Source: an uncultured candidate division Zixibacteria bacterium (GTDB taxonomy: Bacteria > Zixibacteria > MSB-5A5 > GN15 > FEB-12). From it: 64,000 nt of DNA. Positions 27,927-38,441 of this stretch are shown piece after piece. The first letter of the stretch is position 1. Every line of letters starts with the position of its first letter. The position numbers and the translations under genes are program-made. The DNA is taken from positions 2,848,001 through 2,912,000 of the forward strand of contig OY760907.1 in the NCBI GenBank assembly GCA_963664195.1. The letters run 5' to 3'. Under the pieces are notes generated by a model that worked only from the letters and a program-made list of their open reading frames with translations, ran no database searches and had not been told where the DNA came from.

Positions 27927-27951
27927 CGATAGTCACTGCGGTTCGGTGCGG

Positions 27952-28695
27952 TCAGGCTTTTGTTGATGCCCGCAACAACTCGCGGTTCATTTTGGCGATG
28001 ACGCTGACCTTGATTTCCTTGGGACAGACCGCCTCGCACTCGAAATAGTTCGTGCAATTGCCAAATCCCTCGGCGTCCATCTGGGCGATCATCGCGCGAG
28101 CACGTTTTGTACGTTCCACTCGTCCCTGCGGAAGATGCGCGAACTGCGAGACCTTGGCCCCGACAAAAAGCATCGCCGACGCGTTTTTGCACGCCGCGAC
28201 ACAGGCGCCGCACCCGATACAGGCCGCAGCATCCATCGCCTTGTCTGCGTCCTCTTTCGGGATTGGGATAGCGTTGGCATCCGGCACGCCGCCCGTGTTT
28301 ACGTTGGTGTATCCGCCGGCCTGGATGATCCGATCAAAGGCGGAACGGTCGACCACGAGATCCTTGATTACGGGAAAGGCCTTTGCCCGCCATGGCTCTA
28401 TGAAGATGGTGTCACCGTCGTTGAAGTGCCTCATGTGGAGCTGGCAGGTCGTGGTCGCCCGCTGGTGACCGTGAGGAGTGCCATTGATGACGAGTGAACA
28501 TGTGCCGCAAATGCCTTCGCGACAGTCATGGTCGAAATGGATGGGATCGATGCCCTTGCCGACCAGGTCTTCGTTGACGACATCGAGCATCTCCAGAAAC
28601 GACATGTGGTGGGAGATATTCTTGGCCTCGTAGGTCTCAAGTTTCCCTTTATCCTCGGCGTTTTTCTGACGCCACACGCGCAGTGTAAGATTCAT
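27952..28695 (-). CDS. sdhB: Succinate dehydrogenase/fumarate reductase Fe-S subunit
   Basis: [36 protein letters not shown]. Confidence 0.93.
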   Translation of the reverse strand: MNLTLRVWRQKNAEDKGKLETYEAKNISHHMSFLEMLDVVNEDLVGKGIDPIHFDHDCREGICGTCSLVINGTPHGHQRATTTCQLHMRHFNDGDTIFIEPWRAKAFPVIKDLVVDRSAFDRIIQAGGYTNVNTGGVPDANAIPIPKEDADKAMDAAACIGCGACVAACKNASAMLFVGAKVSQFAHLPQGRVERTKRARAMIAQMDAEGFGNCTNYFECEAVCPKEIKVSVIAKMNRELLRASTKA

Positions 28696-30608
28696 TATTT
28701 ATAGCTCCTTGTCGCCAGTTCAACGTTCTCAAACTCGAGCTTCTCCTTGTGAAGCTCAGGTGGCTCGCCGACTCCTTTGTGCTCCCAGGCTGCCACATAG
28801 GCGTATTTTTTGTCGTTACGCATGGCCTCACCTTCGTCAGTTTGGTATTCCTCACGGAAATGAGCACCGCATGACTCCTCGCGGTCGAGAGCATCGATGC
28901 ACATGACCTCCGCAAACTCGAGGAAATCTGCCACGCGACCGGCGTTTTCCAGCGACATGTTCATTTCCTGGTTGGCACCGAGAACACGGACGTTGTTCCA
29001 GAAGTCCTCACGGAGTTGAGGAATGGTCTTGATAGCTGTTTCAAGTCCGGCCTTGTTGCGGGCCATACCGCAGTACTCCCACATGATTCGTCCGAGCGAT
29101 TTGTGGAACGAGTCGACAGATTTGGTACCGTTAATCGAGAGTAGTTTTTCCGTCCGTGCGCGGACGTCCTTTTCAACCTGTTTGAAATCATCACCGTCAG
29201 GGGTGAGATTCTGGGCACCGACACGCGCGAAATAATCCCCGATTGTGTACGGCAGTACGAAGTAACCGTCGGCCAATCCCTGCATCAGCGCGGAGGCACC
29301 GAGGCGATTGGCTCCGTGGTCGGAGAAGTTGGCCTCTCCGATCACAAACAGTCCCGGTACGTTGCTCATCAGGTTGTAATCCACCCACAGTCCACCCATG
29401 GTGTAGTGTGAGGCAGGGTAGATGCGCATCGGGGTCTTGTACGGGTTTTCGCCGGTGATCCGTTCGTACATGTCGAACAGGTTGCCGTAGCGGGCGCGGA
29501 TGGTGTTTTCGCCGAGACGGTTGATTGCGTCGGCAAAGTCCAGATACACGCCGAACCCGGTTTCTCCGACACCTCGACCGTCGTCGCAGGCCTCTTTGGC
29601 CGCACGGGAGGAAATGTCGCGCGGGGCGAGATTGCCGAAACTCGGGTACTTGCGTTCGAGATAATAGTCGCGATCTTCTTCGGGGATGGCATCCGGCGGG
29701 CGTTTGTCGCCCTTTGTTTTCGATACCCAGATACGGCCGTCGTTGCGGAGAGATTCGGACATCAAGGTTAGTTTGGACTGATAATCGCCTGAGACTGGAA
29801 TGCAGGTCGGGTGAATCTGCGTGTAGCACGGGTTTGCAAACAGGGCACCGCGTTTGTAGGCGCGATAAGCGGCGGTGACGTTACAGGCCATAGCGTTGGT
29901 CGAGAGATAGAACACGTTGCCGTAGCCACCGGTGGCGAGCACCACGGCGTCCGCGGCGTGTGAACGTACTTCGCCTGTAACGAGATTGCGGACCACAATG
30001 CCTTTGGCGTGGCCGTCGACCAAGACAACGTCGAGCATTTCTGTCCGCGGATACATCTTGACGCTTCCGGCTGCGATTTGTCGTGAGAGGGCAGAGTAGG
30101 CCCCGAGCAGCAACTGCTGGCCAGTTTGGCCGCGGGCATAAAATGTGCGAGAGACCTGCGCGCCGCCGAATGAACGGTTATCCAACAGACCGCCGTACTC
30201 GCGTGCGAAGGGAACACCCTGGGCGACACATTGGTCGATGATACTGTTGGCGACTTCAGCGAGCCGATGAACATTGGCTTCGCGGGAGCGGAAATCACCC
30301 CCTTTGACCGTGTCATAGAAAAGGCGGAAAACAGAATCACCATCATTCTGGTAGTTCTTGGCGGCGTTAATACCGCCCTGAGCGGCAATTGAGTGTGCAC
30401 GACGGGGGCTGTCCTGGAAACAGAAGCACTTGACGTTATAGCCGAGTTCCCCCATTGACGCTGCCGCTGAGGCGCCAGCCAGACCGCTTCCGACAACTAT
30501 GGCGCTGTACTTACGTTTGTTGGCCGGATTGACCAGCTTCATGTCGAATTTGTGTTTTTCCCACTTTTCGGCGAGAGGGCCGGACGGTATTTTGGAGTCG
30601 AGTTTCAT
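28695..30608 (-). CDS. sdhA: Succinate dehydrogenase/fumarate reductase flavoprotein
   Basis: [48 protein letters not shown]. Confidence 0.95.
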   Translation of the reverse strand: MKLDSKIPSGPLAEKWEKHKFDMKLVNPANKRKYSAIVVGSGLAGASAAASMGELGYNVKCFCFQDSPRRAHSIAAQGGINAAKNYQNDGDSVFRLFYDTVKGGDFRSREANVHRLAEVANSIIDQCVAQGVPFAREYGGLLDNRSFGGAQVSRTFYARGQTGQQLLLGAYSALSRQIAAGSVKMYPRTEMLDVVLVDGHAKGIVVRNLVTGEVRSHAADAVVLATGGYGNVFYLSTNAMACNVTAAYRAYKRGALFANPCYTQIHPTCIPVSGDYQSKLTLMSESLRNDGRIWVSKTKGDKRPPDAIPEEDRDYYLERKYPSFGNLAPRDISSRAAKEACDDGRGVGETGFGVYLDFADAINRLGENTIRARYGNLFDMYERITGENPYKTPMRIYPASHYTMGGLWVDYNLMSNVPGLFVIGEANFSDHGANRLGASALMQGLADGYFVLPYTIGDYFARVGAQNLTPDGDDFKQVEKDVRARTEKLLSINGTKSVDSFHKSLGRIMWEYCGMARNKAGLETAIKTIPQLREDFWNNVRVLGANQEMNMSLENAGRVADFLEFAEVMCIDALDREESCGAHFREEYQTDEGEAMRNDKKYAYVAAWEHKGVGEPPELHKEKLEFENVELATRSYK

Positions 30609-30609
30609 C

Positions 30610-31335
30610 TTACATCCCTCCTTCCGGCAATGTGATAATCTTCAGCATGACACCCAACGGTACGGCGGCGTAGCCCACGAACAGGAAAATGGCGGCAAGC
30701 CAGCCGAGACATTTCAGGCGTTTCTGCCACTCAGGAGTATTCAGACCGAGCGATTGGAACATACTCGCGACCCCGTGGCTGAGGTGATAGGAGAGTAGTC
30801 CCACAGCGACAATATAGAAACCGGAGACCAGGTAATTCGAGAAGCCCATGATGACCATGCTGAAAACATCGGGGCGTCCGAGCGGGTCAACGAGGTCTGC
30901 ATACTCCGGATTGGTCACTCGTACCGTGTAATGCAGCAGGTGATAGACGACAAAAAAGGCTATCACAATGCCGGTCCAGATCATCGTGCGCGAGGCGAAG
31001 CTGGCCTGTACGGTTGTCTCGTTCTTGTAGGATTCGGGTCGTGCGGCCCAGTTCTCGAGTTTTAGCTGGATGCCAAACCAGACGTGGAGACCGACGGCAG
31101 TCAGCATCACTAGTCGGATCACCCAGAGCAGCGGCCCCAGACTCTGGAGTTTTTCTGCGTACAAGTTAAGTTGATCCTGCCCGATGAACACCTGCAGGTT
31201 GCCCAGCATGTGCCCGACAACGAATCCAAAGGCCATGAAACCAGTGACGGCCATGATGACTTTCTTGCCAATGGAGGTTCTGACGATGTGGGCGGGAAAA
31301 CTCGAAGGCAGGTTGGTCGTTGCTGTTGTTCCCAT
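30610..31335 (-). CDS. sdhC: Succinate dehydrogenase cytochrome b subunit
   Basis: [19 protein letters not shown]; five TM helices with heme-ligand His residues; first gene of sdhCAB. Confidence 0.92.
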   Translation of the reverse strand: MGTTATTNLPSSFPAHIVRTSIGKKVIMAVTGFMAFGFVVGHMLGNLQVFIGQDQLNLYAEKLQSLGPLLWVIRLVMLTAVGLHVWFGIQLKLENWAARPESYKNETTVQASFASRTMIWTGIVIAFFVVYHLLHYTVRVTNPEYADLVDPLGRPDVFSMVIMGFSNYLVSGFYIVAVGLLSYHLSHGVASMFQSLGLNTPEWQKRLKCLGWLAAIFLFVGYAAVPLGVMLKIITLPEGGM

Positions 31336-31638
31336 ATATCTTCCCCTGTTCTTTAGTTACAAAAACATAGAATCCTCAAACCTGTGAGTCAATTCAAAAA
31401 CTTGACCTTATGCACCCCCGAAGCCTACTCAGAGTCGGATGTCGATCTTGGCCTTCGGAGGCGATCTATTTGCGCGGCAAGGAGCTGCGGCGGATTCTGC
31501 GGCGTGTCAACTCTGCGTTTCTGTGATCGTTTCATCTCCCTTGCGTGTATAACCGGACGACCGGCAGAGAGGTTTCAGCGAATCTCGACGATTCTGTGTG
31601 AAACCCGGAAACCGTTTGAAAAGGGATGAGGCCTTAGA

Positions 31639-31667
31639 TTGACAAGCGGAGAGCGATTGAGTATGTT
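31639..31667 (+). promoter_or_regulatory. sigma70-type promoter
   Basis: TTGACA-N17-TATGTT. Confidence 0.55.
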
Positions 31668-31733
31668 GAGTCCTCCACGATATGCCGAAGAGATAACAAG
31701 TTATCGCTTACATATAATATGCAGGAGATTGGG

Positions 31734-32327
31734 ATGAGCAGAATGAAAGTGTTGGGAACGGTGTTGGCAGTGGTTTTTGTTGTGACTGCGACGGCCCTCG
31801 CCGCGGATGTCAGTATGAAACTGTCCGGCCCCGGGGCTGTCGACGAGACTACAATCAAGGCCGGAGAACCGGTTTCCGTTGACATTTACTTTGCGAACGA
31901 CAAAGACGGAGGGCGTGGGTTCACTACCGGGTTCTGTCTGAAATCCGAAGATATCAAGACAGTCATTCATGTCGAGGATTCGACCGGCCTGAACAAAAAC
32001 GGTGATCTGAAAGGACACAACGGCTGGGAAGGCACTGCGGTATGGAATTTTGCGGGCGTCTGGACGCCCAGTCCGAATTGGGATGGCATGCTGCCGGATA
32101 CGATCGGTTTTGCCGGTGCTGTTGTTGGCAAGGCTTACGGCAAGCACGAAAGCAAGAAGGTCCTGTCGATGAACCTGATTGTCCCGGAACCGGGTACGCT
32201 GGTGGTGGATTCCTGTTTTGTGCGACCGGGCTCGATCTGGTCAATAATTCATGTCGACGCCGAGGGTGTTCGCACCGAGTCTAAACCGACCTGGAGCGGC
32301 CCGTACAAGTTCAAGGTTGTGAAGTAG
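31734..32327 (+). CDS. Secreted hypothetical protein (beta-sandwich, possibly cohesin-like)
   Basis: Signal peptide ending ALA; AGGAG RBS; beta-rich sequence; followed by a terminator. Confidence 0.7.
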   Translation: MSRMKVLGTVLAVVFVVTATALAADVSMKLSGPGAVDETTIKAGEPVSVDIYFANDKDGGRGFTTGFCLKSEDIKTVIHVEDSTGLNKNGDLKGHNGWEGTAVWNFAGVWTPSPNWDGMLPDTIGFAGAVVGKAYGKHESKKVLSMNLIVPEPGTLVVDSCFVRPGSIWSIIHVDAEGVRTESKPTWSGPYKFKVVK

Positions 32328-32343
32328 ATTCTCATTGAGTTTG

Positions 32344-32374
32344 AAGCCCGTCGACGGTCGGCGGGCTTTTTTTT
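32344..32374 (+). terminator. Intrinsic terminator
   Basis: aagcccgtcga-cgg-tcggcgggctttttttt. Confidence 0.85.
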
Positions 32375-32442
32375 GGCCGCAAGCGGCTTGGCCCGCTTCG
32401 CGTCGTACGTAAGTTACACAAGCTCTTTGGAGTTCAGAGGTT

Positions 32443-33213
32443 ATGCGCAGTAGTCATCTTTCTCTTGGTGTATGTGCCGTGTTGTTGGTCCTCACGGCAA
32501 GTGCACGAAGCGACTCTACCGCTGTGACCGACACCCTGAAATCCGGGTTCACGGTGACTGTCGAGCAAGTACTCTGTGACAATGCCAAGTTGCTTGACAC
32601 GTTGGACGTTGTACTCGAATCCTCAGACGTGGGGGAGGTGGCGGCGTTTGTATTTAAGATTGGTACCGATAGTCGTTTCGTGGATATAATCGAAGTGTTG
32701 CCCGGGGAAATACCGGATTCCTGTGAATGGGATTTTTTCCGTGCCACTCAGATGTCGGTGGCCAGCGGACTTGATGCGCCGTCATCACTGTGGAAAGTGA
32801 TGGGGTTGTCGAAAATGACCCCTGACACGACTCGCGCCGGGTGTCTGGGGTTTGATCGCCCGGCGACGTTAGCGCGGCTGGTAGTGTCGAGTGCGCATCT
32901 TATTCGCGTTCCTGACACAACCGCGGCGGTGTTTTTCTACTGGGAGGATTGTCGTGACAATACGCTGTCGGACAGTTCGGGGGCGTTATTGTGTGTTTCG
33001 CGCAGTGTTACAGACAGGTATTCCGTAGATTTGCCGGAGAATGTCGATCGTTTTCCGAATCGAGTTGGCACGCCGAGCGAATGCATCGATCCGCGACGGA
33101 AAAATCCCCCTGTGAGGAGGGTTGATTTTCTCAACGGGGGTGTTGAATTCAAGTTTGATATCGGAGAGCCGGAGCCGGACAGCACGGTCGATAGCCTGTT
33201 ACAGTTGCACTGA
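32443..33213 (+). CDS. Secreted hypothetical protein, cohesin-like
   Basis: Signal peptide; AAFVFKIGTD..IIEVLPGE..CEWDFF; FFYWEDCRDN. Confidence 0.65.
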   Translation: MRSSHLSLGVCAVLLVLTASARSDSTAVTDTLKSGFTVTVEQVLCDNAKLLDTLDVVLESSDVGEVAAFVFKIGTDSRFVDIIEVLPGEIPDSCEWDFFRATQMSVASGLDAPSSLWKVMGLSKMTPDTTRAGCLGFDRPATLARLVVSSAHLIRVPDTTAAVFFYWEDCRDNTLSDSSGALLCVSRSVTDRYSVDLPENVDRFPNRVGTPSECIDPRRKNPPVRRVDFLNGGVEFKFDIGEPEPDSTVDSLLQLH

Positions 33214-33223
33214 GCCTGTCGAA

Positions 33224-33258
33224 GTGTCCTCGCAAGTCTGATGACAGACATGCGCTAC
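33224..33258 (-). repeat. GTAG-REP hairpin between convergent genes
   Basis: Minus strand GTAG-CGCATGTCTG-TCAT-CAGACTTGCG-AGGACAC. Confidence 0.6.
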
Positions 33259-33267
33259 AATATCTGA

Positions 33268-34758
33268 TCATTTTACCAGTACCATCTTGATCCGTCGGCT
33301 GCCTTCTTCGGATTGCAACTCGGCGAAATACACTCCGCTCGCCTGCGGTTTCTTTCGATTGTCCAATCCATTCCATGAGAAACGATAATCACCGGTCGGA
33401 GTGTCGGCGTCGTAGAGCGTCGCGACTTCCTGCCCGAGCACATTGAAGACCCTCAGAGTCAAGTGTTGCCTATGGGTGTTAGTAAATGATATCACCGTCG
33501 AGTTGTTGAACGGATTCGGGTAGTTTTGCGAGAGGCTGAAGTTTGAGGGGAGAACAGGCTCTGAGTGTTCGTCTTTGACAGCGGTTGGTGTGTTGAACTG
33601 GAAGACGTCGACCATGCTTCCGCATCGCGCAACGAGGTTGAGTACTGTTGGATCATCGCCTGTTTCGAAGAAGGACCAAGCTGTCAGGCAAGAAGGCATC
33701 GGGATACTGTCCACCAGCTCGCCCGTTCGGCAATTCAGCGCCAGCACGTAGTCTCCCCAATACGCCAGTCCTGCGAGGATGATTTGGGATTCGCTAACAA
33801 AATCCAAATTCGTGTTCTCCGGTCCCCATGGAGCAGTGAGATAGCCCATTCTCTTCGACCTCCATAGTTCCCTAGGAGGGTTCTCCGCGAAAGTGTAGCA
33901 CGAAGCGTATATCTCGTATCCTCCGGGCTCAACCAGCGGTCCATTCGTCCCGTAGTATATTACTTCGTCGTAAGTGGTCGAAGGATCAAAATCACCGACA
34001 AAAAGACTCACTCCGTACGATTCTGTTTCGCTGTAGAACACCGACTGGCCAGAAGAATCTCGTACCGAGAAATCAAGATCGGCACTCTCGGTGGCGACAC
34101 CCTGAATCCGTTGGTATTGATATCTGCTCGCGAAATCAACTCGTTCACATCCAGGTGCAGGGCTCAGGTCACCGTAGCCGATTCTGGCAAGATGCGTCAA
34201 CGGCGTCACCACTTGGAGGTCCAAATCCAGAACGGCCGCTGTTGTCCCGATACTTGTCAGTTCTAGTCCACCGCCCGACAAGTACGAGAAAGAAATCTGC
34301 TCCAAGATGATGCCACAGACATCCCCGTCGGGTTTGTCAAACCTGATCCCGTGTCTGGAAGACCAGGCGAGTTCCTCGTCGGTAGTGCCACACGGAATAT
34401 CAACAGAATCGCGGAATGCGACGTGACCTGTCCAGTCGATGCGTACAATCCGACTGTTATTCTGCTGGCAGTAAACTACGAGAGTGTCATCTCTCCACAT
34501 GTTGATAGTCATTACGGGTGACCCGATCAGGGGGATGTTCACTACCGAATCGGCCCCAAAACGATCAATCACGATCTGATTGTTCGGAGCATCGCTATAT
34601 ATGAACCCCGCCAACTCATTCGACTCATCGATAATCGGATCGATATGAACGTAGTTGGAGACCTCCGGACTTTGCTCCTGATACACGATCTGGTAGTCAC
34701 CGGCTAACGCGGTAGCTTGGATGAGAAAGAGAACGGGTACAAGTATCAGCCACTTCAT
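33268..34758 (-). CDS. Secreted protein with a C-terminal T9SS type A/FlgD-like sorting domain (paralog 2)
   Basis: Signal peptide; LSQNYPNPFN..VFNVLGQEV..WNG..ASGVYF..KMVLVK. Confidence 0.85.
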   Translation of the reverse strand: MKWLILVPVLFLIQATALAGDYQIVYQEQSPEVSNYVHIDPIIDESNELAGFIYSDAPNNQIVIDRFGADSVVNIPLIGSPVMTINMWRDDTLVVYCQQNNSRIVRIDWTGHVAFRDSVDIPCGTTDEELAWSSRHGIRFDKPDGDVCGIILEQISFSYLSGGGLELTSIGTTAAVLDLDLQVVTPLTHLARIGYGDLSPAPGCERVDFASRYQYQRIQGVATESADLDFSVRDSSGQSVFYSETESYGVSLFVGDFDPSTTYDEVIYYGTNGPLVEPGGYEIYASCYTFAENPPRELWRSKRMGYLTAPWGPENTNLDFVSESQIILAGLAYWGDYVLALNCRTGELVDSIPMPSCLTAWSFFETGDDPTVLNLVARCGSMVDVFQFNTPTAVKDEHSEPVLPSNFSLSQNYPNPFNNSTVISFTNTHRQHLTLRVFNVLGQEVATLYDADTPTGDYRFSWNGLDNRKKPQASGVYFAELQSEEGSRRIKMVLVK

Positions 34759-34780
34759 TGAAACATCTCCCCGGTTTGAA

Positions 34781-36307
34781 TTACTTAATCAACACCATTT
34801 TGATCCGTCGGCTGCCTTCTTCGGATTGTAACTCAGCGAAATACACGCCGCTGGCCTGCGGTCGTTTGCGATTGTCCAGCCCATCCCATGAGAAACGATA
34901 GTCACCGGCAGGGGTGTCGGCATCGTGGAGGGAGGCAACTTCCTGTCCGAGGACATTGAAGACCCTCAGGGTCAATTGTTGTCTGGTGGTGTTAGTAAAT
35001 GATATCACGGTCGCGTTGTTGAACGGGTTCGGATAGTTCTGCGAGAGACTGAAGCTGGAGGGGAGGACATCAGTCTCAGGTTCATCTGCCACGTCTGTGG
35101 GAGTGCTGAACTGGTAGACGAAGATGGTGTCGGCGTTTCGTCCGACGAGATTGAGCACGGACGGGTCCGCGCCGGTTTCGAAAAATGTCCAGGCGGTCAA
35201 GCTGCGGTCGAGGGCCACAGAGTCCGAGATCGTGCCATTGCAGTAGTCGAGGGCGAGCATCTTGTCATTTGCAAACGACAGACCAGCCAGATAGTGTTGG
35301 GGGCTGTGAAGGTGGGTGAAGCGAGGAGACCCGAATATGGCTCCCCCCTCAGAAGCGTAGCCCAATGAATCTGAACACCATAGCTCCCTGGGAGTAGTTT
35401 CGGCGAAGTTGTAACAGCAAGCTCGTACAATAGCCTTTGAGTGTGCTCCCAGCCAGTCGCCACTCCCGTAGTAGAGAACTTCGTCACCTTCGAGGCTGGA
35501 GTCGAAGTCACCGACAAACAGGTTCTGGCCCCAGGTATGAATCGTGCTTCGGTAGTGCTCCGGCTGTAGCGTTGAGTCGGTCACCATGAAATTGAACCGC
35601 ATGTAGCTCTCATGAACCACCGTCTCGTCACCGTATCTAGTGGCGCGGTAAACCTCGCGGAATTCGTAGCCCGCCATTTCCAGGCCCGGTGAATGAGTCA
35701 AGTTGCCGAACCTGCATCTCATGGCTCTGATTGGCGGACCGATTTCGTTGATCTCAGTATCCAACCTGCTTGTGGATGACAGTGCGTAGTAGTCTTCGCG
35801 GCCACCTATGTCACTGTAGAGGTACATCAGCTGTTGAAAGAGGATTCCCCTGATGTGTCCGTCGCAGAGATCAAAGCCGATATCCTGCCATGCAGACGAC
35901 GCAGAACTGTATGCTGGACGCTCGTGAGAAATCGGGACAGATTGTTTGATGTAGTCGTTTCCGACCAATCTTGCGAAAGCAATGTGCGGAAACCACCCTG
36001 TAGTGTTGTACAGCACGTACACTACTAGCGTGTCACCTCGGAACAGATTGATTGTCTTTTTTGGGTGACCTCCGAGACTGATCGCTACGAGTGAATCTGC
36101 AGCGATACGATCGATCATGATCGAATCTCCCGAATTGTCGCAGTAAATGAACCCGGCCAACTCACTGGTCTCATCGATAATCGGATCGATGTGAACGTAG
36201 TTGGAGACCTCCGGACTTTGCTCCTGATACACTATCTGGTACTCACCGGCAAAAGCGGTCGCGGTCAAGAACAAGGCTGCAAGAACGAGTAGCAACGAAG
36301 ATCTCAT
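34781..36307 (-). CDS. Secreted protein with a C-terminal T9SS type A/FlgD-like sorting domain (paralog 1)
   Basis: AAGGAGG RBS before ATG 36307; signal peptide; same C-terminal domain as the neighbour. Confidence 0.85.
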   Translation of the reverse strand: MRSSLLLVLAALFLTATAFAGEYQIVYQEQSPEVSNYVHIDPIIDETSELAGFIYCDNSGDSIMIDRIAADSLVAISLGGHPKKTINLFRGDTLVVYVLYNTTGWFPHIAFARLVGNDYIKQSVPISHERPAYSSASSAWQDIGFDLCDGHIRGILFQQLMYLYSDIGGREDYYALSSTSRLDTEINEIGPPIRAMRCRFGNLTHSPGLEMAGYEFREVYRATRYGDETVVHESYMRFNFMVTDSTLQPEHYRSTIHTWGQNLFVGDFDSSLEGDEVLYYGSGDWLGAHSKAIVRACCYNFAETTPRELWCSDSLGYASEGGAIFGSPRFTHLHSPQHYLAGLSFANDKMLALDYCNGTISDSVALDRSLTAWTFFETGADPSVLNLVGRNADTIFVYQFSTPTDVADEPETDVLPSSFSLSQNYPNPFNNATVISFTNTTRQQLTLRVFNVLGQEVASLHDADTPAGDYRFSWDGLDNRKRPQASGVYFAELQSEEGSRRIKMVLIK

Positions 36308-36525
36308 TGGAATCATCCTCCTTGTTCTAAAACTAACCCCAATATCCATATTGTCAATACAAAAGTGACTGAGACGCTGTTGTTTCTGCCCTATGCCAGG
36401 GTGGAAGAAGGGAAGAAGGCCCCGAAATCTTTATCTTGCAAGCCGGTCGCCGGCGGCGTAGCATATTTAGACTTGCAAGGCGATCAAATCTGATGCGACA
36501 GGGGCTTTTTGCAGGAGGCTAGGTC

Positions 36526-37167
36526 ATGTACCACAGACAACGAGTTGGTTATTACTCGCCGAAATTCCAGGCACGCTTATTCGATTGGCTGAGGAGCTTT
36601 TGGCCGGCATGTGTCGCCTTCGCTCTGGTCGGGGTTCTCTCGTTCCTGACGAACTGCGGCGGCAATGGGGCTGAGTCACGAAGCTTTGTTGCTGATGAAC
36701 GTCAGACCGTGATCGATTCGTACGAAGACCACAATCAGAAGGTCTGTTTCATTCTGACCGAGGAAATCTGCCAATCTCCTGACAGCGCGGTTTTCTTTCA
36801 TCTGCCAAGAGAACTACATCTGATCACAGAAGACCGTCAGGTGGCCGATGAGATGCGGATCTCCAACAGGGGGATTGAGCCTGTGGTTTTCGCCGAGTAC
36901 AAGATCAGCCTGATGGACGACCACAACGTAGTATATCAGCCGGAATTCATCGGGCCGGGAAACTACAGCAATACCAAGTCGTTTGAGCCGGCGCTGGTGC
37001 TTGAGCCGGGGGAGGAGGTCTCCGTTTTTTTTGCCACACGACTCAGGCCGGAATCTGAGGGAATTCAGGGGATCTGGATTCAGTATCGTCTGATCGGTGA
37101 AGATGAATCGAGCCGGGTAGTGGTGTCGTATCGTCCTCGGAATATCCAGAGTATCATGGCTAAGTAA
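36526..37167 (+). CDS. Hypothetical membrane-anchored or lipoprotein with an Ig-like domain
   Basis: AGGAGG RBS; hydrophobic segment ending LTNC; LEPGEEVSVFF. Confidence 0.6.
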   Translation: MYHRQRVGYYSPKFQARLFDWLRSFWPACVAFALVGVLSFLTNCGGNGAESRSFVADERQTVIDSYEDHNQKVCFILTEEICQSPDSAVFFHLPRELHLITEDRQVADEMRISNRGIEPVVFAEYKISLMDDHNVVYQPEFIGPGNYSNTKSFEPALVLEPGEEVSVFFATRLRPESEGIQGIWIQYRLIGEDESSRVVVSYRPRNIQSIMAK

Positions 37168-37171
37168 GGGT

Positions 37172-37323
37172 GGGGCAGACGGCAAGCGTCTGCCGCCCAC
37201 AAAACGTGAGGCTGGGGCAGGCGACAAGCGTCTGCCGCCCACATTCACTCGTTGTTGGGTGGCCCCTTCAAACTTGTTTGGAGGGGGTTGAATCCGGGCC
37301 AAACAAGTTTGACCCGGCCACCC
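37172..37323. repeat. REP cluster: two tandem copies of the 1439/4843 family plus an inverted GTGG doublet
   Basis: ggggcag..gcgtctgccgcccaca at 37172-37202 and 37214-37243. GGGTGG-stem-CAAACTTGTTTG-stem at 37257-37289 (+) and 37291-37323 (-). Confidence 0.78.
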
Positions 37324-37427
37324 GCCGTACCCCTCCTCCGGCGGGCGAGCGCAGAAATATCTGGCGAAAATCGGCTTCCGGATGTACCTTGCGGGCCGCA
37401 AAAAACGTTTGATTCGGGAGTATTGAC

Positions 37428-38441
37428 GTGGCCGGTGAAGTTGCTGCAAGGGTATATCGCGGGGAAGGAATCGAAGCGGAGCACTGCGCTGTAATAGCAG
37501 TGGTCAACGCTGATGGCAAACTGACTCATTATTACGGTGATCCGGAGACGGTGTATATGACGCGGTCCTCGGTCAAGCCGTTTCAGGCTCTGCCGTTGAT
37601 TCTGTCCGGCGGTCTGGATCGATTCGGTTTCTCGCCTCGCCAGCTTGCGATCATGTGTGCCTCGCACAACGGCAACGACGAGCACCGTGAGGTGGTTCAG
37701 TCCAATCTGGATCAGGCCGGCACATCAGCCGACGATCTCCTGTGCGGCACTCATCTGCCGATTTTTATGCGTCTGAAGGGGTTGTATCCCGACAACGGAG
37801 AGGACAAAGATGTGCTCCGTCACAATTGTTCGGGTAAACACTCAGGATTCCTGGCATTATCGAAGCATCTTGGTGCGCCGCTTGCTGAGTATCTGGAACC
37901 GGCCGGGGATCCCCAGCAGCGGATCAAGCAATCGGTGGCGGATCGGTGCGAATATCCGGTTGAGAAAATAGGGGTCGGCATCGACGGTTGCAGTGCGCCG
38001 GTGTTTTCCATGCCGATGAAGAACCTTGCGATCGGCTTCAAGAATCTGGCTTTGGGCAAAGCTGATGATGCTCATGTCAGAGCTGCTCTGGATCGCGTAC
38101 GCTCGGCAATGATGGAGTTTCCGTATCTTGTCGCCGGGGAAGGACGATTCGACTATGATTTTATGAGATCGTTCCCTGGCAACGGTGTGGCCAAGGTTGG
38201 GGCGGAATCAATACAGGGGATGGGCTTTGTCCAGCAGGGCATCGGAATTTGTGTGAAGGTTCAGGACGGCGGCGCTCGGGCGTTGGGGCCGATTTGTGTT
38301 GAAGTGCTCAAGCAACTCGGGTTGATCGGGCGAATCGAGGATTTTCCGCATCTTGCTCCGTATGGAGATCCTGAAATTCGCAACTACCGCAGGATCGTTA
38401 CGGGGCGGATTGAGGTTGATTTCGATCTGAGAAAAGCATAA
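37428..38441 (+). CDS. L-asparaginase II (Rhizobium etli AnsA-type)
   Basis: RSSVKPFQA, CASHNG, HNCSGKHSG, DGCSAP, AKVGAE. Confidence 0.9.
   Translation: MAGEVAARVYRGEGIEAEHCAVIAVVNADGKLTHYYGDPETVYMTRSSVKPFQALPLILSGGLDRFGFSPRQLAIMCASHNGNDEHREVVQSNLDQAGTSADDLLCGTHLPIFMRLKGLYPDNGEDKDVLRHNCSGKHSGFLALSKHLGAPLAEYLEPAGDPQQRIKQSVADRCEYPVEKIGVGIDGCSAPVFSMPMKNLAIGFKNLALGKADDAHVRAALDRVRSAMMEFPYLVAGEGRFDYDFMRSFPGNGVAKVGAESIQGMGFVQQGIGICVKVQDGGARALGPICVEVLKQLGLIGRIEDFPHLAPYGDPEIRNYRRIVTGRIEVDFDLRKA

Noticed and set aside
31383..31398. CRP/Rex-like site TGTGA-N6-TCAAA upstream of sdhC
   Set aside because: A single imperfect match in AT-rich DNA, too weak to call without comparative data.
33268..36307. 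Diversity-generating retroelement TR/VR pair
   Set aside because: The repeats are within full paralogous genes, mismatches are not adenine-specific, and there is no reverse transcriptase in the window.
36410..36520. Fluoride riboswitch (GGCGAT...CTGATG)
   Set aside because: It lacks the GGCGATGG..CGCC first stem and pseudoknot, and the downstream gene is unrelated to fluoride.
37172..37243. Two ~30-nt direct repeats as a mini CRISPR array
   Set aside because: Only two units with an ~11-nt gap, no cas genes, and the same repeat is dispersed at 1439 and 4843, so it is a REP family.
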